From: Bacteroidota bacterium
GTDB lineage: Bacteria > Bacteroidota > Bacteroidia > Bacteroidales > GCA-2748055
Direction of reading: 5' to 3'
DNA length: 64,000 bases
NCBI GenBank assembly: GCA_051746185.1
Contig: JBNJEV010000001.1
Span: 88,201-152,200, forward strand
Under the pieces are notes generated by a model, which worked only from the letters and a program-made list of their open reading frames with translations, ran no database searches and had not been told where the DNA came from. Each line of letters begins with the position of its first letter. The stretch's first letter is position 1. Shown piece by piece: positions 10,957 to 19,201 of this stretch. The position numbers and the translations under genes were made by a program.

Positions 10957-11621
10957 GCAATCTTCTGCACATTCTCGATCAGCCGCTGGAGAAAGCCTTC
11001 GGCAACGACGATATCGGTGATCCCGTCGATCAGGAACTGTATTCCCACACAGAGCAGCAGGAATCCCATGATCTTGGAAAGCGCATTGACCCCGGTTGCT
11101 CCGAAAAATTTCAGGATCTTGTCCGATGCCCGCAGGGTCAGGAATGCAGCCAGCACAGTCAGGACAATACCCAGAATGATCGCCGTAAAATCGGTCCAGC
11201 GATCGGTCCCTGCCGCCAGACCGATGGTTACGGCTATGGCACCCGGGCCGCTCAGGCTAGGCATGGCCAGCGGTGTGAAGGAAACATCACTTTTTTCAAT
11301 TGCTTCTTCCTTTGTTTCAGGTTTGATCTCTTCATTTTCAGCCTTCAGCATCGAATAGGCTACCCGGATTACCATGACACCCCCTGCAATTCGTAGTCCG
11401 GGTATGGAAATACCGAAGAACTCCATGATCAGGGTTCCGGTGATCAGAAAGACGATCAAAATCCCTATCGTGTAGACCGAAGCTTTAAAAGCCTGCTTTC
11501 TTCTTTCCTCGGGGGTCCTGTCCCCGGTGATGGACATGAAAAGCGCAGCGGTGCTTACCGGATTGGTAATGGGAAGCAGCGCAACAATAGTCGCGAGAAT
11601 CAAATTAAACCAGTTACTCAT
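10953..11621 (-). CDS. MarC family (UPF0056) integral membrane protein
   Basis: LLPITNPVSTAALF motif and six predicted TM segments. The likely start is MSNWFNL (11621); the upstream extension is non-hydrophobic junk. Confidence 0.75.
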   Translation of the reverse strand: MSNWFNLILATIVALLPITNPVSTAALFMSITGDRTPEERRKQAFKASVYTIGILIVFLITGTLIMEFFGISIPGLRIAGGVMVIRVAYSMLKAENEEIKPETKEEAIEKSDVSFTPLAMPSLSGPGAIAVTIGLAAGTDRWTDFTAIILGIVLTVLAAFLTLRASDKILKFFGATGVNALSKIMGFLLLCVGIQFLIDGITDIVVAEGFLQRLIENVQKIA

Positions 11622-11865
11622 AAGGAATGGATTTTTCAGAAGAGCGGAACAAATCATTTGCCAGAAGATCTTTCGGTACCTCTGAATTGGATCCGAACAA
11701 CATACAGGATCACCGGATACAGGGTATTCCGCGGGTTTACCGAAGACCGGCCGCCCGTCCATCCGCCGGTCCCTTGGGGAAAATCGGTCACGAACCTGTG
11801 GCGAAAAATGGACAGGGTGAATCGTGTTCTTCATTAAAGGATTTTTTCTAATTTTACACCGCAGA

Positions 11866-11940
11866 GGGGTGTTAGCTCAGTTGGTTCAGAGCGCATGCTT
11901 GACAGGCATGAGGTCACTGGTTCGATTCCAGTACATCCCA
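11866..11940 (+). tRNA. tRNA-Val (anticodon GAC)
   Basis: A cloverleaf can be drawn by hand. Acceptor GGGGTGT/ACATCCC (one G-U pair), D arm GCTC-AGTTGGTTCA-GAGC, anticodon stem CATGC/GCATG with loop TTGACAG, T arm ACTGG-TTCGATT-CCAGT, discriminator A. CCA is not encoded. Confidence 0.9.
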
Positions 11941-12116
11941 CGAGGGTTACGGAAGATTGAGAACACCTGCTCGCGTGTATTTTGCGTGCAGAATGAAAAA
12001 TGAGGGGTCGCGGAATTACCCAGCAACCCTCATCGGGATAGAGGAGGATAGCAAAATTTTATCCAGGCTTAAAAAAGCGGCGTCGGTCTCGTGAGGTCTT
12101 TCTTTAAATAATTGGA

Positions 12117-12845
12117 TCAGCTTCGAACTTCAGCCAGGGCTTCCTGGTACTTATAGTTCGCCACCTGGATATCTTCAAATCCAATGTACTCGTACCACTC
12201 GCGAACCACGTACCACACCATCACATTCTCGATAACTGGATCAAGCAGCTTGATGTAATTGGTGTCTGTGGAAAACTGCGTCATCAAAGATCGTTTCCTC
12301 GTCACCCGTCATCGCGATCCTGTCCATCTGCACATTGCCGTCCTGGACCAGAAATACATTCTTCTGCAGCTGGTACACGAACTGTTCGTATGAGCCGTTC
12401 CGGATAACCGCAATGGCTGGGATGTAATCCAGGTCATACGCCTCCAGCATCGGTTTGTACACGTTGTATGGAAGGTATGTGTACTCCTCCTCAGTGTCCA
12501 CCACAACGTCGAAGATGTAGAACCTACGCCAGGCAACATCCTTGTAGGTGCGCAGACTATGCGGCACCAGCCATTCCCCGAACAGCCTGTAATCCGAATG
12601 CCCGTCCAGGAATGCCCTGAACCTGCGATCAGACGTCACGTACTTATAGAACCCGGCATTGTCGCTCTCCGCCGACAGCTGCCTGCTCCGGGAGCCAGCC
12701 CGTACTTCTCCGTCACTGAACCAGACCGTCCCATTGGTCCAGTCGATCTTGGGGAACACATATGCTTCGCCCAGCTCGATGTTCTGCACGTCATCGGTGC
12801 CGAACCTTTCTCTATATGCTGGTGTTTTTTGAATTCTCTTTCCAT
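12117..12845 (-). pseudogene. Rnl2-like ATP-dependent RNA ligase family gene, split over three reading frames
   Basis: The ATG at 12845 is preceded by AGGAGGACTAATT. A conceptual -1 shift near 12806 gives MEREFKKHQHIEKRFGTDDVQNIELGEAYVFPKIDWTNG. This resembles FKKY..LE plus motif I K-I-D-G-T-N (here W replaces G). Further downstream are LFGEWLVP (motif III-like) and FYIFDVV (motif IIIa-like). A second frame change is needed between 12308 and 12241. Confidence 0.45.
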
Positions 12846-13314
12846 AATTAGTCCTCCTATATATAAGTAATTTATATATTCATTTCATATAAAAAAGCAC
12901 AGATTTTTTTCCGGACTGTGGTTATTTTTCAATTTTTTGATTTGTTCCAAATGATACTTGGGAACATCCGGAAATCCTTGTCAATCAACGATTTTCTAAA
13001 ATGGGATACTAAATATGATTGCTATGTTGATCTGAATATGCCCTACTCACAGATAAAATATAAATTTGGGGTAACAATTTCACTTCCAAACTGATTAAAC
13101 TATGACCAGTCATAGTTTAAAATCTTTCTAAATAACTTAATGTGGATTGATTCAAAATAAGGAGCAGACCAGGCTCTTGACTTGTAATTTATCTTGAAGT
13201 AACTTATTGATGAATTCAACTCAGGATATCCTGTATTCTTCTTATCACTGTATTACCGTACCCCGGGATTCAGGTATTTAATTTGATTTATCAATCACCT
13301 TAAAACTACTTACT

Positions 13315-14728
13315 ATGAAAAAATTATTCTTATAAATTGCTGCTGTATTCTTTACACATTTTAGTCATGCTTACGCAGATCATAATGTTAATGTTAATGG
13401 TGATACAAATGCTTGTGGTGGATCTAGAAGCGAATATACTATTTGGTATGATTTCGGTTTAGCAACAAGAATCTCTTGGCAAGTCACTGGAGGTACTTTC
13501 GATGATGGTTCGACTTATAAAGAGTTTAATAAAGTTGAAGAAGGTCTTGGTATTAACGTAAATTGGAATTACGATCAGACAGGTGTTCAAGCCATAATTA
13601 AAGGAAGGGTTTATTTTTTGTTAGAAGGTTGGGAACCGGATGAAATAGAAGTTGACGTAACTTCAAGAACTGCAATAGATAAATTCATTGGTGAAAAAGA
13701 GAATGGAGACCTCTATATTACTCCAGGGAATAAGACAGAAACAATTTATGCAGATGAACCAGGTGTATCCGACGAGTATAATTGGGAATATACTCCTTAT
13801 GGAGAGCCAACAGAATATACAACTACAAGCATTCCACAACTCGATATAGAACTATCAACTTATGAGGTTGGGTCCATATCAGTATCTGCAACGAATTATG
13901 GTCATTGTGATGGGGAATTAAGCGAAGCAACCGCAAATATGAAAAGGAAATTGGCTAATCCAGTATGGGATTCACCAGTCGATGAATTATGCAATAATAC
14001 TACTGAAATATACTCTTTGGTCTCTGCTATTCCTTATGCAACAATGTACGACTATGAAGCAACAAATGGTGTATTGATTTATGAGCCTAATTCTGGTATG
14101 TATTTCCCGTATATAAATAGCTCAAGTACAAGTATTAAAGTGAAAACTCCTACGGGTATAAATGGTGAAAGCTCAATCTCAGTTACTGCAACGAGATACT
14201 TATGAAATGGAGTTAGGGCAGAGAGAAGCCTTCTATGTAACTGATGGTCCTCAAGCTGATAGCTACTCATGGACTTCATACGGAAGTGTAACTATAACCT
14301 CTTATAATCCATATACTAATTTTGCAATGGTCGAGGCAACATCTACTGGATATGGTTACGTTTGGTGTAGATCAATAAACCAATGCGGAGAAAGCCAGAT
14401 TGCGGAAATCAACGTAAATGTTACACAATCAGGATACCTTGGATTTTTTAAGGTCTACCCAAATCCAGCAGATACTTATGTTGTTCTTGAAGCGGATGAA
14501 ACCAAAATGGATCTTTCCGAAGAATCGGTATCGCAAAAGTTAGCCGCAATGAGTAAAAGCTCAATTATTAGGATAGTTGACAAATTGGGAAATGTACGTC
14601 TATCTGAACCATATCAGGGATTAGTAAAAACTCAGATTGACGTTAGTAAGATTCCGTCGGATCTTTATACGATTCAACTAGTGACTTCGAAAGAGACTTT
14701 TAGCACTAAACTTTTGGTGAGCCATTAG
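13315..14728 (+). pseudogene. T9SS-sorted multi-domain surface protein, disrupted by an in-frame TAA and one frameshift
   Basis: ATG at 13315: MKKLFL-TAA(13333-13335)-IAAVFFTHFSHAYA looks like a signal peptide interrupted at codon 7. The frame stays open to 14205, then continues in the +1 frame (14162-14728). Has repeated Ig/PKD-like modules (..ISVSATN..C.GE.S; ..CRSINQCGESQ). The C-terminus FKVYPNPADTYVVLE...LYTIQLVTSKETFSTKLLVSH is a T9SS C-terminal domain. Confidence 0.6.
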
Positions 14729-14754
14729 TAACGTTTACTAAAGAAAGTGATATA

Positions 14755-14790
14755 AGCCAGCAACATTTTGTTTGTTGCTGGCTTTTTCTT
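14755..14790 (+). terminator. Rho-independent terminator
   Basis: Perfect 11-bp stem AGCCAGCAACA / TGTTGCTGGCT with a 7-nt loop, followed by TTTTTCTT. It lies 27 nt after the stop at 14728. Confidence 0.75.
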
Positions 14791-14901
14791 CTATAAACAA
14801 AGAATCTTCTACATCTATTTGTTTTAATTTTGTAGATATACTCTTTTATGTTAGTAATGGCGTTTTTGATATATTTGAACAATCCCATTTAAGCCTATAC
14901 C

Positions 14902-15552
14902 TTGAAAAAACTATTGATATCCAATATATTAATTGCAATCATAACTATTTCACCTTTCGTGGTTAGTGGTCAAGAACTAATTAATCCGGAAACAAATCTT
15001 GGAATTAATATGGGTGGAAATATTTCCAGAGTGAATTTTGATCCCTCTGTAGATCAAGATTTGAACTTTGGATTTCAGGGAGGAATTACATTCAAGTATG
15101 TCAACATAAAAAACCTAGGCATACAACTTGAAGCAAATTATCTACAGGTGGGATGGAAAGAAAGCCTAGATTCAACAAATCTATATCTTCGAAATCTCAA
15201 TTATCTACAAATTCCCTTCATGACTCATATACAAATTGGCGAAGGGAGAATACGATTTCATATGAATTTAGGATCTTTTGTTTCGTTCCTAATATCTGAT
15301 AGAGAAAGAATAAATTTGCTACCCGGTGTTCAAGAACAAAGTTACTATCGTTTGGGAAATTGGAATAGGGCAGAATATGGGTTTTGTCTCGGAGTAGGGC
15401 TATTAACAAACACATCAATCGGAATTTTTCAAATTGAAGGTAGAATCAACTATACTCTAACCAATGTTTTTAAAAAACCACCAGATTCACCATTTACTGT
15501 ATCACAAAACCAATCTTTTGCAGTGACCTTGTCTTATCTATTAGATTTATAG
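14902..15552 (+). CDS. Outer-membrane beta-barrel protein (PorT/OmpA-barrel-like family), TTG start
   Basis: Signal peptide MKKLLISNILIAIITISPFVVSGQ. Alternating beta-strand pattern with GGITFKY, LEANYLQVGW and a C-terminal aromatic-rich strand. AT-rich codon usage. Confidence 0.65.
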   Translation: MKKLLISNILIAIITISPFVVSGQELINPETNLGINMGGNISRVNFDPSVDQDLNFGFQGGITFKYVNIKNLGIQLEANYLQVGWKESLDSTNLYLRNLNYLQIPFMTHIQIGEGRIRFHMNLGSFVSFLISDRERINLLPGVQEQSYYRLGNWNRAEYGFCLGVGLLTNTSIGIFQIEGRINYTLTNVFKKPPDSPFTVSQNQSFAVTLSYLLDL

Positions 15553-15628
15553 ATGAAATAAACACAATGTTCAGAAGTAAGCGTTTGTTCTGTGGCAGGA
15601 TGAAGCCAGATACCTTATGTTTGTTTTT

Positions 15629-15838
15629 TTAAATTACCCTCCTTTCTGTACATAGTTCAAACCCACTGCATTTGACTGCATCGCCCTCGGGGTCAAATGT
15701 GACCTCATAGGATAGAATCCCGCTACTGAACTGGTATGTAATGTCAGTGATAATTCCCGGAGGGGACGCGGGTAACGCATGGAATACCCTGTCCCCTATT
15801 TGGAATATTGGCTTGACTGTAACCATCTCTGGATTCAT
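15629..15838 (-). CDS. Hypothetical 69-aa protein, translationally coupled to the upstream RHH gene
   Basis: ATGA overlap with the preceding ORF. Beta-rich small protein (IFQIGDRVFH...GIITDI...YEVTFDPEGD). No family assigned with confidence. Confidence 0.45.
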   Translation of the reverse strand: MNPEMVTVKPIFQIGDRVFHALPASPPGIITDITYQFSSGILSYEVTFDPEGDAVKCSGFELCTERRVI

Positions 15839-16227
15839 GACGATGTCTGCAATTTGTGACCGAACCGCATCCTGTACGCATAGCTGTCCATGATCAGCGT
15901 TTCGACCAGGTTATTCACACTCCTGTTCTGTCTCTGAGCTTCCGCCTCCAGAAATCCTCCCAGTTCGTCTTGGAACCTGAAGGTCTTCGTATAATGCCTC
16001 ATGTGTGCCATCTTCTGTCCCTCCTTACCATTTGTCCGAATGAAAGTTACCGCCCCCGCGTTGTACATGAATAATGCTGCAAAAAAGTCCGCATCTCCAG
16101 CTGTGAAGTGCTGGATCATCAGGATCACATCCTCTCCGGTACTCTCAAGCAGGTCCAGCCTTATGGTGCTGACCGTGACCTCCCCGGATCCCGGATCATC
16201 AAAAGCCTCCACCGTGGGATTGTACAC
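15835..16227 (-). CDS. Ribbon-helix-helix (CopG/Arc-like) DNA-binding protein; probable true start at 16011
   Basis: The C-terminal 58 aa, MAHMRHYTKTFRFQDELGGFLEAEAQRQNRSVNNLVETLIMDSY, form a beta-strand plus two helices typical of RHH. The ATG at 16011 is preceded by AAGGAGG with an 8-nt spacer. The longer ORF starts with GTG at 16227 and its N-terminal 72 aa are unrecognised. Confidence 0.6.
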   Translation of the reverse strand: MYNPTVEAFDDPGSGEVTVSTIRLDLLESTGEDVILMIQHFTAGDADFFAALFMYNAGAVTFIRTNGKEGQKMAHMRHYTKTFRFQDELGGFLEAEAQRQNRSVNNLVETLIMDSYAYRMRFGHKLQTSS

Positions 16228-16959
16228 TTCCTGGATAATGAATGTGCCCTCAAGGTCCCCGCCGCAAGCAGCGGGGAACCGAGCCTGCGAGCTCGGCCAA
16301 TTTGCTCGCTTAATTCAAAGAAATCCACCGCTATCAGTGATCATGAGAAGAAAAATTAAGGTACCCCGTTCCGTAAAAATCGGAACTAACAAATTCATTA
16401 CTTCTTAACAATTTAGTTAAGTTTCCTTTACTCGGACAATTTTTTCTTGCCGCTATATCTATCTTATTGATAGCAATTTACGAAACAAGGAAAAAGAAAG
16501 ACAGATATCTAAAAACTAACAATATTAAGAAGTCTCAACAGAATTGTTACGTGCAAAAATCACAAAATGACTATACCAGTTTTTTCGCCTGAGCGATTGG
16601 ATGCGATGTCCAACATTGCACAAAGGGTAATCGGAAGCGGAATAGACTCTCCTCGAAGCTTGCTTCGAGGAATCTTTAGCAGCCAATCATTGATCCCGTT
16701 AAGGTATATTATCCTTTATTTCTCGCTAACTCCGCAGCAAAGCTGTGGGGAACCGAAGCGGAGCTTGACAAAGTCAATGCCCTCGCCGGGATTCCGATTG
16801 TCGAGGCTTTTTTGATACCTTTGAATACCCTCATGACAAGGACGATGAAAAAAATTGCCGGAATCACATCACTGGTTGTGTTGTCCCTGGCAATCCTGAT
16901 CCTGATACACGTTGTTGAAGAACCTGAAAGATTTTGCAGTGAGTTGAAAAAATCCATCC

Positions 16960-19173
16960 ATGAAGATATACCTGGATCATAATGCCACCACGCCGGTGGA
17001 CGGGGAAGTGGCTGAGGCCATGCAACCCTATTTAAAGGAATACTTCGGGAACCCGTCCAGTTCCCACAGCTTCGGGTCGGAAGCAAAAAAAGCGGTCGAG
17101 CATGCCCGCAGGCAGGTTGCGGAATCCATCCATTGCCGGCCCGGGGAGATTATCTTTACCAGCGGGGGGACCGAATCGAACAATTATGCCATCAAGGGAT
17201 TCGCCTATGCGAATGAGCACAGTGGAAACCACCTGATCATCTCGGCCATTGAGCATCCATCGGTGACCGAAGTATGCCATTACCTGGAGAAAAAAGGGTT
17301 CCGCGTTTCCGTCATCCCTGTGGATGAGTCCGGTATCATCCGGCTGGAACAGCTGGAGGAAGCCATCACCCCGCAGACCATCCTGATCTCGGTCATGCAT
17401 GCCAACAATGAGATCGGGACCATCCAGCCCATCCGGGAGATCACCGAAATTGCCCGGAAACACCGGATCGCCGTTCACACCGACGCGGCCCAGTCGCCGG
17501 GAAAAATCCCTGTCAATGTAGAGGAACTTGGCGTGGACCTGCTCTCCATTGCCGGGCACAAACTGTATGCACCCAAAGGGATCGGGGCCCTGTATATCCG
17601 TGACGGAATGGAGCTCGAAAAACTCATTCACGGAGCCGACCATGAACAGAACAAGCGTGCGGGCACGGAAAATGTGCTGGAGATCGTCGGACTGGGGAAA
17701 GCCTGTGAGATCGCCCGCCGGGACCTGGACAGGCATATGGCGCACATGAAAAAGATGAGGGATTTGCTTCACGATCTTCTCCAGGAGAAGCTGCAGGGGA
17801 TCAAAATGAACGGCCATCCGAAGATGCGGCTTCCCAACACACTGAGCCTGAGTTTTCACAGAATCGAGGCCAATGTCCTGCTGAATGAACTAAAAATGAA
17901 GGGCATTGCCGCATCTGCCGGGGCTGCATGCCACACCGGTTCAGTGGATGTTTCTCCGGTACTGAGCGCGATCGGTCTGGAAGATGATTTTGCCATGGGG
18001 ACCATCCGCTTTTCAGCGGGCAGGTATACCACGGAAGAGGAAATAAACCGTGCTGCAGGGATCATCATAGATTCGGTGAACCGGTTAAGGCCCTCCGGAA
18101 AGGATCAACCCGGAGAGTCAATACAGTCCCCGGACAGCATCCAGCTCACAAAATACACAAAGGGACTTGGGTGTGCCTGTAAACTGCGACCCCAGGACCT
18201 GGAAAAGGTACTGAAGAAGATGCCGGTTTCCTCCGACCCCCGTGTTCTGATCGATGCCAGGCATTCAGACGATGCGGCGGTATACAGGATCAGTGAGACA
18301 ACAGCCCTTGTCCAGACAGTCGATTTCTTCACCCCTATTGTGGACAGTCCGTATGATTTCGGAGCCATCGCGGCGGCCAATGCCCTGAGCGATATCTATG
18401 CCATGGGGGCCAGACCTATTTTTGCGCTGAATATTGTTGGCTTTGCTCCGGGCAGACTTCCCATGAGCGTTCTGGAAGAAATACTCAGGGGAGCCAACGA
18501 CAAGGCAAAAGAAGCGGGGATCAGCATCCTGGGCGGACACACCATTGACGATCCCGAACCAAAATACGGGATGGTCGTGACCGGCACGGTCCACCCCGGT
18601 AAGATCCGGGCCAACTCAGCAGCCAGGGAAAATGAGGCGATCATCCTCACCAAGCCCATCGGGACCGGGATCATGACCACTGCCCTGAAACGCGGACTGA
18701 TCGATCATAAAACCAGCACTGAAGTGATCCGGTCCATGTCGGAATTAAATCAAAAGGCAGCAGAGATCATCGGAAAATATTCCCCGGGGGCCTGCACCGA
18801 TGTTACCGGCTTCGGACTGATCGGCCATATGAGCGAAATATCGGCTGCCAGCGGGGTGGATATGGAACTGTTTGCGGGACGGGTCCCTGTCTTTGAGGAG
18901 GTAATGGATTTTGCGGCAGCCGGTGTGATCCCCGGAGGATCCACCAACAATTTGGATTATTTTTCAAAATATGTTGACTGGGAATACGGAATATCCGCCC
19001 TTACCCGGATCGTTCTCAATGATGCACAGACCTCCGGAGGATTATTGTGTACGGTTCCTGAAAATGAAAAAGAAACCCTTCTGGAGGAACTACAATCTGC
19101 GGGTATCCGTTTTGCCACTCATATCGGCAATTGCCTGAAAAGAGGCGCGGGGAAGATCCAGGTAAAAAAATAG
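16960..19173 (+). CDS. selD: Bifunctional cysteine desulfurase/selenocysteine lyase-like (NifS) plus selenide, water dikinase (SelD) fusion
   Basis: 737 aa. The N-terminal approx. 385 aa carry class V aminotransferase motifs (LDHNATTP, SGGTESNN, SIAGHKLYAPKGIGALYIR, SAGAACHTGS). A linker follows, then SelD (KGLGCACKLRPQDL = GCxCK active site; DDAAVY; GGHTIDD; TKPIGTG). Confidence 0.85.
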   Translation: MKIYLDHNATTPVDGEVAEAMQPYLKEYFGNPSSSHSFGSEAKKAVEHARRQVAESIHCRPGEIIFTSGGTESNNYAIKGFAYANEHSGNHLIISAIEHPSVTEVCHYLEKKGFRVSVIPVDESGIIRLEQLEEAITPQTILISVMHANNEIGTIQPIREITEIARKHRIAVHTDAAQSPGKIPVNVEELGVDLLSIAGHKLYAPKGIGALYIRDGMELEKLIHGADHEQNKRAGTENVLEIVGLGKACEIARRDLDRHMAHMKKMRDLLHDLLQEKLQGIKMNGHPKMRLPNTLSLSFHRIEANVLLNELKMKGIAASAGAACHTGSVDVSPVLSAIGLEDDFAMGTIRFSAGRYTTEEEINRAAGIIIDSVNRLRPSGKDQPGESIQSPDSIQLTKYTKGLGCACKLRPQDLEKVLKKMPVSSDPRVLIDARHSDDAAVYRISETTALVQTVDFFTPIVDSPYDFGAIAAANALSDIYAMGARPIFALNIVGFAPGRLPMSVLEEILRGANDKAKEAGISILGGHTIDDPEPKYGMVVTGTVHPGKIRANSAARENEAIILTKPIGTGIMTTALKRGLIDHKTSTEVIRSMSELNQKAAEIIGKYSPGACTDVTGFGLIGHMSEISAASGVDMELFAGRVPVFEEVMDFAAAGVIPGGSTNNLDYFSKYVDWEYGISALTRIVLNDAQTSGGLLCTVPENEKETLLEELQSAGIRFATHIGNCLKRGAGKIQVKK

Positions 19174-19201
19174 ATCCTGTTGTCATGAAAGGTACACGGA
19201 T

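Larger units (their letters stand above)
11941..16560. other. Putative decayed genomic islet inserted 3' of tRNA-Val
   Basis: Starts right after the tRNA. Has a visibly AT-rich core (about 12850-15620) between flanks of normal composition. Carries three disrupted or odd genes and two genes with strong Shine-Dalgarno motifs that host genes lack. No integrase and no tRNA-derived direct repeat were found. Confidence 0.4.

Noticed and set aside
13333-13335. In-frame TAA considered as a possible stop-codon reassignment or readthrough site
   Set aside because: TAA terminates many well-supported genes in this window (for example at 29809, 46204 and 35090), and the same gene also has a frameshift. 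A nonsense mutation in a pseudogene is the simpler reading.
16257-16763. Two hairpins followed by the shared 10-mer GGGGAACCGA (16257-16296 and 16730-16763). They superficially resemble type I-E CRISPR repeats (CCCCGC-loop-GCGGGG-AACCG).
   Set aside because: There are only two copies, about 470 bp apart. They are poorly conserved outside the 10-mer, have no regular spacer periodicity, and no cas genes are nearby. This is not a CRISPR array. They may be terminator-like hairpins or relics of unknown origin.
16567-16815. 82-aa plus-strand ORF, and a search of this region for tRNA-Sec (selC) or another structured RNA upstream of nifS-selD
   Set aside because: The translation is S/L/R/P-rich with no motif and no plausible start context. 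The 9-bp palindrome CCTCGAAGC-TT-GCTTCGAGG (16650-16669) has a 2-nt loop. No cloverleaf with a UCA anticodon could be drawn. The region is left unannotated.
16833-16982. 49-codon ORF (MTRTMKKIAGITSLVVLSLAILILIHVV...) encoding one TM helix and overlapping the nifS-selD start in another frame
   Set aside because: It is too short and has no supporting signal. It may be a leader or micro-protein, but this cannot be supported from sequence alone.
17032-17859. 275-aa ORF on the minus strand
   Set aside because: It is antisense to the NifS domain of the NifS-SelD gene and has no motifs.
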